This document shows, piece by piece, positions 16,546 to 29,888 of a stretch of DNA of 64,000 nt. The stretch is from Piromyces finnis finn (taxonomy: Eukaryota > Fungi > Neocallimastigomycota): contig MCFH01000006.1 in NCBI GenBank assembly GCA_002104945.1, positions 620,001 through 684,000 on the forward strand. The letters run 5' to 3'. A program made the position numbers and the translations under genes. The number at the start of each line of letters is the position of its first letter. The first letter of the stretch is position 1. The notes under the pieces were generated by a model. The model saw only the letters and a program-made list of their open reading frames with translations. It made no database searches and was not told the origin of the DNA.

Positions 16546-19500
16546 AATAGTATAATATAAAAATATACTATTTAGAATACATCATTATTAAATAATATGA
16601 ATATTATTATAATATAAAAATATACTAATTAGAATTAAAGTATTATGTTCGCTTAATTTTGTTGGTTTAAGAATTTGAAACAGCAAAATAAAACTTTATC
16701 CATAATAATAACGAAGATAACTAAATTAATGAATAAATAACTATGTAAATAAATAAATAAATAATAAATTAATGAATAAATAAATAAATACTCTTTTTTT
16801 TTTTAATTTAAAATTATTAGTATTGACCGTTAAAATAATAGGTTGATTAATTAATTTTTTAATTTTTAATACTATAAAATATTAATATTTTAAATCAATT
16901 TATTAATAATAAATTATTGTGTTAATTGATTCACAAGAAAAAGTGACCAATAATTCTTTAGATTATGGTGAAAAGATTAAACTTTTTATGGAATGGAAAA
17001 GTATTATATCAATCAAAAAAAAAAAAAAAAAAACTAGGAATAAGTAAATGATGACTTTGCAAAATTCTTTATTTAAAATAAAGGGATTATTTATGTAAAA
17101 TCTTTAATTATTAAAAATTTTAATAAATATTTTTATCATACTGAAAAAAAAGTCAATCCTAAGAAATGACATTACTTTATTATGCTGAATACATTAAAAT
17201 ATATATATTTTTTATTTTTTATTTTGAAATTTGCAACATTTTTTTACCATAAATATAATTTTAAACTTTTTAAAGTTTTATTTATTATGTTTCATATTAA
17301 TTTTTGAATTTTATTTTTTATACTAAAATAGTTATAATTAAAATTTTTTTTTAAAAAAAATTTGAAAATGATTTTAATTTAAAATTATTTCATTATTCAA
17401 ATATAATCTTTTTTTAAATAATAATTAGATGTACAATAATATGGCAATTAAAATAATAGCCTTAATAATAAAAATAAAATGTTGACTCTTTCAGTATCAG
17501 TAAAAATAGAAAAATATTAATAAAGAAATCATTGTAAAAATTAGTCTATATAAAAGAATTTAAAATAAATAAGCATACATCTAAAATATATATATTTTTT
17601 TTGTACTTTTGATTGGGATACATTCTTTTTAATTATTGTAAATAGTTAAAGTACCATTCTTTCATTATAACTAATTATAGTTAGATTTTTGCTTTAATCA
17701 CTTTATTTTATTAAGATATGAAACCATTTTTGAAATTACCTATCCTTTTTTATTAGTATTATTATTATTCTTTCAACTTTCAAATTAATATATTTTATGT
17801 CATTAGGATGGATACATAAAATTACTAAAAAAAGGCTACCATCTACCATAAATATCAATTTTACTTTTATCCATATAAAAATTGATAATCTTTTGTGGAA
17901 CAAATAATTTTTAATGATTAATGAAAAGGTAAAACAAATTTAATATAAAAATATTAATCCTATCATGAGTTTTTATGAAATTTTCTTAATTTTCATTGGT
18001 TTAAATTGATAATTAAAAAATAAAATGAAAAAATCGTTTTTTTATAGGTAGAATAAATGATTTTACATTTTAATTTTAATAAATAATAATATTTATTAAT
18101 AATGACGGCTCAATCTTTCAAATTATATTAATTTTAGTTTCTTGTGTAACAAACCTTTTTTATGATGTTAATTTGTCATTATATTGTTATGTTTGTAACC
18201 ATATTAAATATTCCTATATTAATAGATAAATAGGGATACATTATTAATGGGTTAGGTTTAAATGATTTCATATGTAAATATTATAAATATCAATTTACTT
18301 ATAATAAACAAAATTATTTATAATGAATATAATTTTGATGATAGAAAAAAAAGAATAATTGAAATTAGAATATTTTTAATTTAATAACAATAATAAATTT
18401 TAATAATCGTTACCATTATATCATTGAAATATTTTTATTTTAATATCTATCCTCTTTTCTAAAACATTTAATAAAAATTGTTTCATCTTACTATCAAATT
18501 ATCATACTTCAATAATTATGGATTAAATTTAATTTATTATGGATATTTTTTAAACTTTAATTTATAATAAAATTATTATATATTCTCCAAAATATTTGAT
18601 TTTTAATTAAAATAAATTAATTAAAACTTTGAAAAATGGCCATATGAGAAATATAAGAGAAAATATTATTGATTATTTCGACTGGTTTATTAATTTAATT
18701 TATTTCAAATGTGTACTTAAAAAAATTATAATAATAAAAACAATAATATGATAAAATATGATAATAATAGTGATATTAATAATAATAATAATGATAGTAA
18801 TAATAAATGATTTAATTATAAAAAACGATATAATTAATATGAATAATATGAAATAATATGACATAATAATGGCATTATTATTTAATCTTGTTTATTAGTT
18901 CTATTTTTTATTTTAAATATTATTTATATTATTTATATATTATGTTTTTTCATATAAAGTTTAAAATTTTAATTATTATATCAAATACATATTTCTTTTT
19001 TTTAAAATATGTGAATTTACATGCTTTTTTTTTTTTAATAAAAAAAAGCTTTAATCAAATAAAAAAAAATATATTATTTATAGTATTATGTAAATTATAA
19101 ATTATGTGTTATTAACATGGTAATCATTAAGTTTTTTTTCTATACAATAAAAAACATATATATTGTATTTTTATTGATCTGGTAAAATATAAGAATTGGA
19201 ATATAAGTAAACTTCATTAAATATACTCATATGATTTAATTTGTATATATAATTATTTTTTTTACTGTAACTTTAAAAACCTGATATTTTCAAAATTTAC
19301 TTTCTTTCATAACTTTTTAAAGTTATTGTTTATCGGAATAATAAAAGATTGTCTATATTAATATCATTTTATGAAAGTATTTCGAATTACTAGTTTTCCT
19401 TTTTTTTTTTTTCAAGTCATTGATTATTGATTTGTTATTATTTCAAAACTTTAAATATTAAATTTTTATAATTAGAATTTATTAGAGACTCATTATTAAT

Positions 19501-19939
19501 ATGAAACTAGTTTTGTTTATATGGCATTGGTGGTACATTTTAAAAATCTTTGACTAATTTATGAAATGATTTCTTAATTAAAATATATTAAATTTTTATT
19601 TGTTTATTTTTAATTCAAACAATTTCAAGAAATCCTAGGACACTTTATTTTTTAATTAATTATTAATATTTAGTATTTTCAAAATAATTGGTATATTATT
19701 ATTAATTTTTTTTTCTTTTAATACTAACCATATATATTTTCATATTATACTCTTATTTATTTATTTATATTACTTTTGTACAATTAAAAAAAAAACATAA
19801 AAATAAAATATACATAATTTTATATTTATGATAGTATTTGTTTATGTTATGTATATACATATAAATATTTTTAAAAATTATAATATATAGTTTTAATATA
19901 TAATATTATATTTTAGCTAATAAAAATTCTTTTGTTAAA

Positions 19940-21056
19940 TTATTTAGAATAATATTGTGATTCAACTGCAAAAGAAAGATCTCCACCAAGGAAATCAACA
20001 ATAGCTGGTACTTCTGAATCTTTAAATGTTTTAGCATAGGGAACACGATTTGCAAGCGAATAACTTTTACCATAACATTTATATTCTCCAACTCTAGCTG
20101 TATTTCTATAATCTTCATAACCAGAGAAAGTTTTCCATCCTAGTGAATTTAATCTTAATCCCAAAATTTCCGTTCTGTTATAAATGACATAACAATACTT
20201 TTTCCATAAACGACCTAAATAAAATGTTATTCCTTCATCTGCAACAATTTTTGAATTGAAGAAAAGGAAACCACTTTCTTCAAAGTTACTATCTTCATTT
20301 CCCTTTTTATTATTTTTGATGTCATTAATTTAAAGAATATTTTCAATATATCATAATATTTTATAATTATGAAAGAAATAAAAAAAATAAAATTTAATAG
20401 TTAATTTCATTAATAATTTATATCTTAATCCATTTAAAATTTTAAAAGTAAAATTTAATTTTTTTATAATTACATTGGCTGTAACATATCCTGTTTTTCC
20501 ATCTTTACCAACAACATGAATAATACAATTTTCAAAACCAGCACGACCAAATCCCCAAATAATATCTGTAACTCCACGAATGAAACAATTTCTAAAGTAG
20601 TGTATTCCATGATATGAAAGTAAAGTGTTTCTATGACTTAAAAAATTACAATTATTAAAGAAACATTTATCACCATAAACATAAAGAGCAGGAGCTTGTG
20701 AATTTGGTCCTGGGAAGGGTGCAGTATTTTGAAAGGTAATGTCAAAAGCTTTAAAGTTATTTGCTATAATTCTAACGGTTGCACATTCTGTACTACTACC
20801 AGTTTTGTAATTATTTAAATCACCAACAATAACCACCTTATCTCTATTTTGACCGATTAATGTAACATAATCTTTTTGAATTGTTACTTGTTCCTCGTAT
20901 ATACCATCCTTTATATAAATTATTCTTTCTTCTAAAGCTATCGGAGGTAAATCATTGATAGCATCTTGAATCTAAATAGTATTTAATAAAAAAAAATAAA
21001 TAAAATTGTTTAATTACCTAATACATTTATTATAATTATCATTATTATCATTATTA

Positions 21057-21154
<98 letters not shown>

Positions 21155-21342
21155 TATATATATTTTACTCTTAAGAGAAATATTTATCTTATAAAATATA
21201 AGTATTATATTTTTACACTATAATAATGTCCAGAACCATCCGTTGCAACTACAATAGTATCATCTGGAAGTTTATTTTGATCATAAGCAAATACTAACTG
21301 TACAAAAAGTGCAGATAATAAAATTCTTAATGATAATATCAT
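19940..21342 (-). CDS. Secreted pectin methylesterase (CE8) homolog with substituted catalytic motif
   Basis: Exons 21342-21217 (signal peptide, VVATDGSGHYYS), 20971-20474 (IQDAIN...IYIKDGIYEEQV...QAPAL...SHRNTL...GVTDIIWG) and 20302-19940 (...YLGRLW...GW...GEYKCYG), with GT..AG introns and continuous frame. Confidence 0.88.
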
Positions 21343-22764
21343 AATTGAAATAGAATTACTTTTCAATACTATTTAATTAATTTTTAGGAAATGGATATGA
21401 ATATTTCACTGAACAAATATTAATTATATATTATTTAAAAAAAAAAAAAAAGAAAAAAAAGAAAGAAATTATAATTTGGAAACCTACTAATAATATTATT
21501 TTAAATATATATATTTAAAAAAAAAGTTTTATTTAAACTTTTTGAAAGATTATTTAAAATAAAATAAAAAAAAAAAAAACTTTAATCTTTTATTATTCAA
21601 AAATTTAAATTTTGAGAAAAATTACTATCAAGGTTATAGTTTTTAATCTTAATCTCACATAGCCAAATAATAAATGATATCTAATAATAATTAAGTATAA
21701 ACTTTAATAATATAAAAATATGTAAAGTTTAGTAGTCATTAAAACTATAAAAAGTTTTTTTTTTAAAAAAAATATAAATAGTGAAAAAAATATAATTTAT
21801 TTGAACATTTTTAATTTTATATTATTAAGTTAATAATAAAACCTAATCCTAATGAAAGTTAATTTTTTATAAATTTATAAGTAAATGTGAAAATAAAATT
21901 TAAAACAATATATTTTTATATTGTAAATTTATGGAAGATTCAAATTATTAGTTATTTAATTACTTATACATTTGTTAATAAAATAAAAAAGAAATAATGT
22001 ATAAATAATATTAATTTAATAGCATTTAAATTAGAAAGCAAATAAATAAAAAAATAACACTTTTATTGTTCTAGGCTTTTATAATTTGTATTGTTAAAAG
22101 TATACATAATTTTTAATAATCTTTATAGATTTTTTTCTTTTTATTTTCATAAGAAATTATAGGAATTAAGTCTTATTCACACCATTATTATTTTTACCCT
22201 TTTTTAAATAAAATAATTAATAAATTTTTTATTTTTAAAGTTATGTTAACTCTTGATAAAGCATGTAAATTAATATTAATATCATTAAAGAATGTATTAA
22301 AGTTTTATTCATATACGTTTTGATACTAAGACTCATGTTCGAAATTAATTAGATTATTTATTTACATTCATATTTCATATATTTCTATTTTAATTCTTAT
22401 AATAGAATAAATTTCTTAATTGTATATTTTTATATTTAATTTTATTATTTACTTAATTTAATACAACATAAAAACATTTTATTTCAGTAAATTATATTAG
22501 TAAAATTTTATTTACTTCCCTAATTTTTTTTATTTATATTATATAAATATTTATTATATTTAAACAATCTTTTTTTTATTTTTATTTTTTAGTTTTTTAT
22601 TATTTTTATATAAAAATATTATAATATTATTTATTATAATATTAAACAACTACATTTTATAGCTAATATTAAAATAATAACATATGTTTATATACAATTA
22701 ATTTAAAACAATTAAATTTATAATATTTAGTTTAAATTTTAAATACTTTTTGAAATATTTTTAT

Positions 22765-23709
22765 CTAGTTAGTTTCAACGATAGTTGGTAAAGTCTTAGT
22801 AGTTTTAATTATAGGTAAAGTTTTAGTAGTTGGAACAACTGGTGCAATTGGTACTTCAGGAGCTTCAGGAGCTTCTGGTAATGATTTTGGAGCAGATGTT
22901 TCTGGAGTAATTGGAGCTTCTGGAGCTTCTGGTAATGACTTTGGAGCTGGTGTTTCTGGAGTAATTGGAGCTTCTGGAGCTTCTGGTAATGACTTTGGAG
23001 CTGGTGTTTCAGGTAATGATTTTGGGGCTGGAGTTTCAGCATCTTCTTCACCAGCTAAAACACTATTTGTTGGTAAAGCCTTAGCTGGTAAGGTTTTAGT
23101 AGATTGAACAATTGGAACTTCTGGACCTACTGGTTCTTGTAATGACTTTGGTGATTGTGTTTCTGGTATAGATTTTGGAGCTGGTGTTTCAAGTAATGAT
23201 TTTGGAGAAGGAGTTTCTGGAATTGACTTTGGAGCAGCTATTTCATCATCTTCTTCAGCAATTAAATTATTCGTAACAGTTGGTAAAGTTTTAGAATGTA
23301 AAGTTTTAGAATGTAAAGTCTTAGTAGTTGGGACTACTGGTGCTATTGGAGCTTCTAGAGTTTCTGATAAAGTCTTTGGAGCTGGAGTTTCTGGAACAAC
23401 TAGTTTATTCAATGATTTTGGAGCTGGTGTTTCTGAAACAATTGGTTCTTTTAATGATTTTGGAGCTGGTGTTTCTGGAACAACTGGTACTTCTGGAACA
23501 ACAGTAGTTTCTGGTAAAACTTTTGGTGGTAAAGTTTTAGTAGATGGAACTACTGGTGCAATTGGTTCAACTGGTTCAATTGGTAAAATAGGTTCAACTG
23601 GTTCAACTGGTGCAATTCCAACTTGAGTTGGTTCTTCATCAGAAATTGGTAAACCAATAGCATTTAAAGATAAAGAAAGAACAATACCGAAAACAAGAGA
23701 GAAACGCAT
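22765..23709 (-). CDS. Secreted Pro/Thr/Glu/Lys-rich repeat protein, copy G1 (314 aa)
   Basis: Intronless ORF with signal peptide MRFSLVFGIVLSLSLNAIG, PAPKS(L/I)PE and TKTLP repeats, and no Cys or Trp. Confidence 0.9.
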   Translation of the reverse strand: MRFSLVFGIVLSLSLNAIGLPISDEEPTQVGIAPVEPVEPILPIEPVEPIAPVVPSTKTLPPKVLPETTVVPEVPVVPETPAPKSLKEPIVSETPAPKSLNKLVVPETPAPKTLSETLEAPIAPVVPTTKTLHSKTLHSKTLPTVTNNLIAEEDDEIAAPKSIPETPSPKSLLETPAPKSIPETQSPKSLQEPVGPEVPIVQSTKTLPAKALPTNSVLAGEEDAETPAPKSLPETPAPKSLPEAPEAPITPETPAPKSLPEAPEAPITPETSAPKSLPEAPEAPEVPIAPVVPTTKTLPIIKTTKTLPTIVETN

Positions 23710-24271
23710 TTTGAAATATTTGTAATAAGTTTACTTTTTAAATTTAGAATTATTTATTTATTATTCTTTTTATTTTTTTATTTTTATAAAAGAATATTAT
23801 TATTATTAAATACAAATTGTATTATAATTATTAAAAAAAAAAGGAAAGGAATTTTACCCTATTTATATTTTTTTTAATAAATATTAATATATTAATAAAT
23901 AATAATTAATTTTAATAATATTTTAATTTTAATAATATATTTTAATAATGAATAATATTAAAACAATTTATTATATATGATTATAATTGAAACCAATTAT
24001 TTATTCATTTCTAATAACAAATATCATAAAATAGGATAAAAAAAAGGAGAATATTTTTATTATGAAAGAAGTAATAATATCATATTAACATGATTTAATA
24101 TAAAAATATAATAATAATTAAAATTTGTAATTATGATATTAATAAATACAAAGAATGAAAATCAATGATAGTAACAAACTTTAAAAATATTTAAAATGAA
24201 TTTTGAACCAATTTTGAATGATAAACGTAACACAATAATATCATAAGGAATATTTTAAATATTTTTGAAAA
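22765..24271 (-). repeat. Inverted-repeat arm (gene plus about 0.56 kb upstream), pairing with 25250-26794
   Basis: 23710-24271 is the near-exact reverse complement of 25250-25813. The same arm recurs at all seven intact copies. Confidence 0.9.
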
Positions 24272-25249
24272 ATAGTAATAAATGTTAATTAGTGATAAAT
24301 GTTACACTCGAATTATTAAAATTCCTTTTTTTTTTCATTTTTTAAAATAATAAAAAATAGCCTTTTACATTTTAAATAAAATTATAATAAAGAACTTTAT
24401 TTAAATTAATAGAAAATTAAATTTTATTGCTTTTTTAATAGTAAAATAATAACTTTTGGAAAAAATAAGTGAAAAAAACTTTATTATTTAATTTCATTAA
24501 TAATTATTGACTAAATAAAAGTGTATTTTTTCTTAATAAGTCATTAATATATTATAAAATGAGAAATATAATTGAAATGATATTTTATTATTATAATTAT
24601 ATTTATATTATAAAAAAAAATAAATTATTAAAAAATTTAAGAAAATTAATATTGAAATAATTAAAAGAAAACAATTAAGAATTAATATTTACAAAAATTC
24701 CAAAATGAAATATTCAATTTTGTAAGAAATATTGATAGAAATAAAAAAATATTATTAATAATTTTTAAAAAAAATCTTTGAAAAATACCAAAATAATTTT
24801 ATCAAATGAAAAAAAAATAATATTGTAAGAACGATATTATTATAATTTAGTATTCTGTCTAATAGTTTTAACTAATAACATTTACATTTGTAAAATTATT
24901 ATATAGTTACAATAAATGTATGTATATATAAAATATATAATATTGGTATACCTAAACAAACAATTATCCTAATTTTCTAACCTTTGAATTATAAATAAAG
25001 AAAGATATTAATAAAGTAATTTTGCCTATCTTTTGAATATAAATACATATAGAGTCATATATAGTATTAAATAAAATAACAATAAATTATAAAGGGTTAG
25101 ATAATAAAAATAAATAAAAATACCATCTTTATTCTTAAAAATTGTTTCAAAGTTATTAAATAAGTATTTTTAATAATCAATAGAATTTGTTTTGAACAAA
25201 TCTTTCCTTTCTATATTTATTTTTATTATAAAAAGCAATTTAATATACT
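24272..25249 (+). repeat. Divergent spacer S1 (forward orientation, X end to Y end)
   Basis: Begins ATAGTAATAAATGTTAATTAGTGATAAATGTTACACTCG (X) and ends ...ATCTTTCCTTTCTATATT...AAAAGCAATTTAATATACT (Y). Reverse-complement homologs lie at about 30450-31415 and 36069-37221. Confidence 0.85.
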
Positions 25250-25813
25250 TTTTTCAAAAATATTTTAAAATATTTCTTATGATATTATTGTGTTACGTTT
25301 ATCATTTAAAATTGGTTCAAAATTCATTTTAAATATTTTTAAAGTTTGTTACTATCATTGATTTTCATTCTTTGTATTTATTAATATCATAATTACAAAT
25401 TTTAATTATTATTATATTTTTATATTAAATCATGTTAATATGATATTATTACTTCTTTCATAATAAAAATATTCTCCTTTTTTTTATCCTATTTTATGAT
25501 ATTTGTTATTAGAAATGAATAAATAATTGGTTTCAATTATAATCATATATAATAAATTGTTTTAATATTATTCATTATTAAAATATATTATTAAAATTAA
25601 AATATTATTAAAATTAATTATTATTTATTAATATATTAATATTTATTAAAAAAAATATAAATAGGGTAAAATTCCTTTTCTTTTTTTTTTAATAATTATA
25701 ATACAATTTGTATTTAATAATAATAATATTCTTTTATAAAAATAAAAAAATAAAAAGAATAATAAATAAATAATTCTAAATTTAAAAAGTAAACTTATTA
25801 CAAATATTTCAAA
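25250..25813 (+). promoter_or_regulatory. Conserved upstream (putative promoter) arm of G2, shared by all copies
   Basis: About 560 bp is retained upstream of each copy (partly deleted at G4). A TATAAATA box lies about 158 bp before the ATG (25656-25663), which is weak evidence in such AT-rich DNA. Confidence 0.45.
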
Positions 25814-26794
25814 ATGCGTTTCTCTCTTGTTTTCGGTATTGTTCTTTCTTTATCTTTAAATGCTATTGGTTTACCAATTTCTGATGAAGAACCAATTCAA
25901 GTTGGAATTGCACCAGTTGAACCAGTTGAACCTATTTTACCAATTGAACCAGTTGAACCAATTGCACCAGTAGTTCCATCTACTAAAACTTTACCACCAA
26001 AAGTTTTACCAGAAACTACTGTTGTTCCAGAAGTACCAGTTGTTCCAGAAACACCAGCTCCAAAATCATTAAATAAACCAGTAGCACCAGAAACACCAGC
26101 TCCAAAGTCTTTATCAGAAGCTCCTGAAGTTCCAATAGCACCAGCTGCTCCATCTACTAAAACATTACATTCTAAAACTTTACATTCTAAAACTTTACCA
26201 ACTGTTACGAATAATTTAATTGCTGAAGAAGAAGATGAAATAGCTGCTCCAAAGTCAATTCCAGAAACTCCTTCTCCAAAATCATTACTTGAAACACCAG
26301 CTCCAAAATCTATACCAGAAGCTCTAGAAGTATCAGTTGCTCCAGAAGCACCAGCTCCAAAAGCCATACCAGAAAAACCAGCTCCAAAGTCATTAAAAGA
26401 ACCAGTAGGTCCAGAAGTTCCAATTGTTCAATCTACTAAAACCTTACCAGCTAAGTCTTTACCAACAAATAGTGTTTTAGCTGGTGAAGAAGATGCTGAA
26501 ACTCCAGCCCCAAAATCATTACCTGAAACATCAGCTCCAAAGTCATTACCAGAAACTCCAGAAGCTCCAATTACTCCAGAAACATCAGCTCCAAAAGCCG
26601 TACCAGAAGCTCCAGAAGTACCAATTACTCCAGAAACTCCTGCTCCAAAGTCATTACCAGAAGCTCCGGAAGCTCCTGAAGTACCAATTGCTCCAGTTAT
26701 TCCAACTACTAAAACTATTGTTATTCAAACTACTAAAACTTTACCTATCATTAAAACTACTAAGACCTTACCAACTATCATTGAAACTAACTAG
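25814..26794 (+). CDS. Secreted repeat protein, copy G2 (326 aa)
   Basis: Intact paralog of G1 with the same signal peptide and the C-terminus TKTLPTIIETN. Confidence 0.9.
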   Translation: MRFSLVFGIVLSLSLNAIGLPISDEEPIQVGIAPVEPVEPILPIEPVEPIAPVVPSTKTLPPKVLPETTVVPEVPVVPETPAPKSLNKPVAPETPAPKSLSEAPEVPIAPAAPSTKTLHSKTLHSKTLPTVTNNLIAEEEDEIAAPKSIPETPSPKSLLETPAPKSIPEALEVSVAPEAPAPKAIPEKPAPKSLKEPVGPEVPIVQSTKTLPAKSLPTNSVLAGEEDAETPAPKSLPETSAPKSLPETPEAPITPETSAPKAVPEAPEVPITPETPAPKSLPEAPEAPEVPIAPVIPTTKTIVIQTTKTLPIIKTTKTLPTIIETN

Positions 26795-27897
26795 ATAAAA
26801 CTATTTTATAATTTTATATTAGATTAAAATTAAAATTAACAGTTATAAGATTAATTTTAAATCTTATAGTATAATTTAGAAATTTCGAATTAATTGTATA
26901 AATAGAATTTTTTTTAATGTATAGAAATTTTTTTCTTAATTTTATAAAATAAAACTTAAAATGTGTAATAAATTCCTTAATTTTTTAATAAAATAAAATA
27001 TAATAAAATATAAATAATATTAATTTATATTAATATTTATAAAATTTATATTTCTTGTTTATTTCTAAATTGTTTTGTGTTAATAAGTATGAATTTTGAC
27101 AAAATAAATAGAAAATAATGTAATAAATTATAAAATAATATGATTACGAAAAAACTACGATTAGCAATAACAATATTTATATATTTTTAAACTACTTTTT
27201 AATCTAATTATATTTTAGAATTTTTGAAATATTTTCTGATTGACTTAAATTATAAATAACTGATATTCTTATAGTATAATTAAATGTATTCTTAATTATA
27301 CATAATTATTAAATATTATTTAAATTTGATGAAAAAATCATGAATATTCAATAATTTTTGAAATATAATTATATATATATTATTTTATATATCCTATATA
27401 TAAATATTTTGTTATAAACACTCGAAATATCCATATTGCTTAATTAGTTTATTTTGTCTGTTCTAGTTAACAATATCCATTAAAAATCCTATATTATTAT
27501 TCAGTGTTAGATAATATTAATTAAACTTAAAAACATTTTTCAATATGATATTTTTATGTATTCTTAAAAAGTTATTTTATTCTATTTAAGAAATATAAAA
27601 AAATAACATCAAATTAAAATATGCTTAGTTTAAGTAGAGAGATTAACTGTGTAGGAATTCAAATATAACTAAAAAAAATTTAAATATTAATTGGAATTCT
27701 ATTTTACTATATTTTACTTTATTTATTATACTTACATACTATTAAAAAATAAAAGAACTTCATAAATATTTTTTAATTTTTATTTGTAATATATTATATA
27801 TACTTAACTTTAAAAAATTGATTGTATATTTTAATTCATACTTTAATTTTTTGTAGCTTTTTGAAATACTTTTTATTTAGTTAGTTTTATTGATAGT

Positions 27898-28173
27898 TTA
27901 TAAGGTCTTAGTGGTTTTAATGAAAATAATAGTTTGAACAATTGGAGCTTCTAGAGTTTCAGATAAAAATTTTGGAGCTGGTCTTTCTGGAACAACTGAG
28001 ATTTCTGGAATAATAATAAATTCTGGTAGAGCTATTGATGGTAAAATTTTAGTAGATGGAACAATTGGTTCAATTCCAACTTGAGATTGTTCTTCATCAG
28101 AAATTAGAAAACTAATAACTATAACATTTAAAAATAAATAAAGAGTATTACCGAGAAGGAGAAAGAAATTCAT
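27898..28173 (-). pseudogene. Degenerate, shortened paralog of the secreted repeat gene (91 aa)
   Basis: MNFFLLLGNTLYLFLNVIVISFLISDEEQSQVGIEPIVPSTKILP...PERPAPKFLSETLEAPI...KTTKTL*. The CCA codon of KTLP has become TAA, with the remnant ACTATCAATAAAACTAACTAA following. Large internal deletions are present. Confidence 0.75.
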
Positions 28174-28636
28174 TTTGATATATTTAAATATTAATACGTT
28201 AATACTGTCTAAATTTAAATGGTTTAATTATTATACTTTATATTTTTATATAATATTATTTTTATCATTCAAGTTATAAATTCTACTATAATTATTGAAA
28301 AAAGAATATTTTACTTTATTTATCTTTTTTTTTTAATAAATATTAACATATTGGAATATATTATTTATTATGATATAATTGATAGAAATTTTGAAGTAGT
28401 GAAAATATTTGAAAATTCTTGAATTAAATTATAATCAATTAAAATAATTTCCTCTACTAATTTCTAAATTAATAAATTTAAGAAAATTAGATTTTCATAA
28501 TAACACATTGCAAACTTTACTGGACACATTATAGACCATGCATTTTTAAAAAAATAAAGTCATTGTAGATAATAATTTAATTCCTCACTTTTAAAGAAAT
28601 AAAAGCTATTTTAAAAACAAAAAAATTAAGCTTATT

Positions 28637-28760
<124 letters not shown>

Positions 28761-29042
28761 TAAAATTAATTATAATATTATATTTTTTATATTTTTTACA
28801 TTTACTTTATTATATTTAATTTTATTATATTTTTGAATATAAAAAAAAGTCCTTTACATATTTTTTCTAATTTTTATTAATTAAAAGACTGAAATATTTA
28901 TTTTACATAAATAAAAAAAAATAAATATTTACATTTAATTTAAAATTATTAAATCTAAAATTTTAATAACTAATTTTATAATTATTAATTCATAATTTTT
29001 AATTTTTCATATTTTTTTAATGAAATAATGAAATGCTTGCAT

Positions 29043-29888
29043 CTAGTTAGTTTCAATGATAGTTGGTAAGGTCTTAGTAGTTTTAATGACAGGTAAAGTT
29101 TTAGTAGTTTGAATAACAATAGTTTTAGTAGTTGGAATAACTGGAGCAATTGGTACTTCAGGAGTTTCTGGAACTTCTAGAGCTTCTGGTAATGACTTTG
29201 GAGCTGGTGTTTCTGGAGTAATTGGAGCTTCTGGAGCTTCTGGTAATGATTTTGGAGCTGGTGTTTCAGATAATGATTTTGGGGCTGGAGTTTCAGCATC
29301 TTCTTCACCAGCTAAAACATTATTTGTTGGTAAAGACTTAGCTGGTAAGGTTTTAGTAGATTGAAAAATTGGAACTTCTGGACCTATTGGTTCTTTTAAT
29401 GATTTTGGGGCTGGTTTTTCTGGTATAGATTTTGGAGCTGGTGTTTCAAGTAATGATTTTGGAGATAGAGTTTCTGGAATTGACTTTGGAACAGCTATTT
29501 CATCTTCTTCTTCAGCAATTAAATTATTCGTAACAGTTGGTAAAGTTTTAGAATGTAAAGTTTTAGAATGTAATGTTTTAGTAGATGGAACAACTGGTGC
29601 TATTGGAACTTCAGGAGCTTCTGATAAAGACTTTGGAGCTGGTGTTTCTGGTGCTACTGGTTTATTTAATGATTTTGGAGCTGGTGTTTCTGGAACAATT
29701 GGTACTTCTGGAACAACAGTAGTTTCTGGTAAAGCTTTTGGTGGTAAAGTTTTAGTAGATGGAACTACTGGTGCAATTGGTTCAACTGGTGTAATTCCAA
29801 CTTGAATTGGTTCTTCATCAGAAATTGGTAAACCAATAACATTTAAAGATAAAGAAAGAACAATACCGAAAACAAGAGAGAAACGCAT
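29043..29888 (-). CDS. Secreted repeat protein, copy G3 (281 aa)
   Basis: Intact paralog with a Y-type upstream spacer end and a D2-type 3' flank. Confidence 0.9.
   Translation of the reverse strand: MRFSLVFGIVLSLSLNVIGLPISDEEPIQVGITPVEPIAPVVPSTKTLPPKALPETTVVPEVPIVPETPAPKSLNKPVAPETPAPKSLSEAPEVPIAPVVPSTKTLHSKTLHSKTLPTVTNNLIAEEEDEIAVPKSIPETLSPKSLLETPAPKSIPEKPAPKSLKEPIGPEVPIFQSTKTLPAKSLPTNNVLAGEEDAETPAPKSLSETPAPKSLPEAPEAPITPETPAPKSLPEALEVPETPEVPIAPVIPTTKTIVIQTTKTLPVIKTTKTLPTIIETN

Noticed and set aside
17600-18560. Slightly more complex sequence that might be a decayed gene or transposon
   Set aside because: All frames are interrupted by stops and no motif was recognised.
25897-26367. Antisense Gly/Ala/Ser-rich ORFs (also 34990..35424, 37842..38384, 41475..41909) and out-of-frame LQK-rich ORFs (22809..23051, 26484..26798, 32396..32608, 34559..34873)
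   Set aside because: Shadows of the biased repetitive CCA/GAA/GCT codons of the real genes. Their lengths vary between copies with no independent coding signal.
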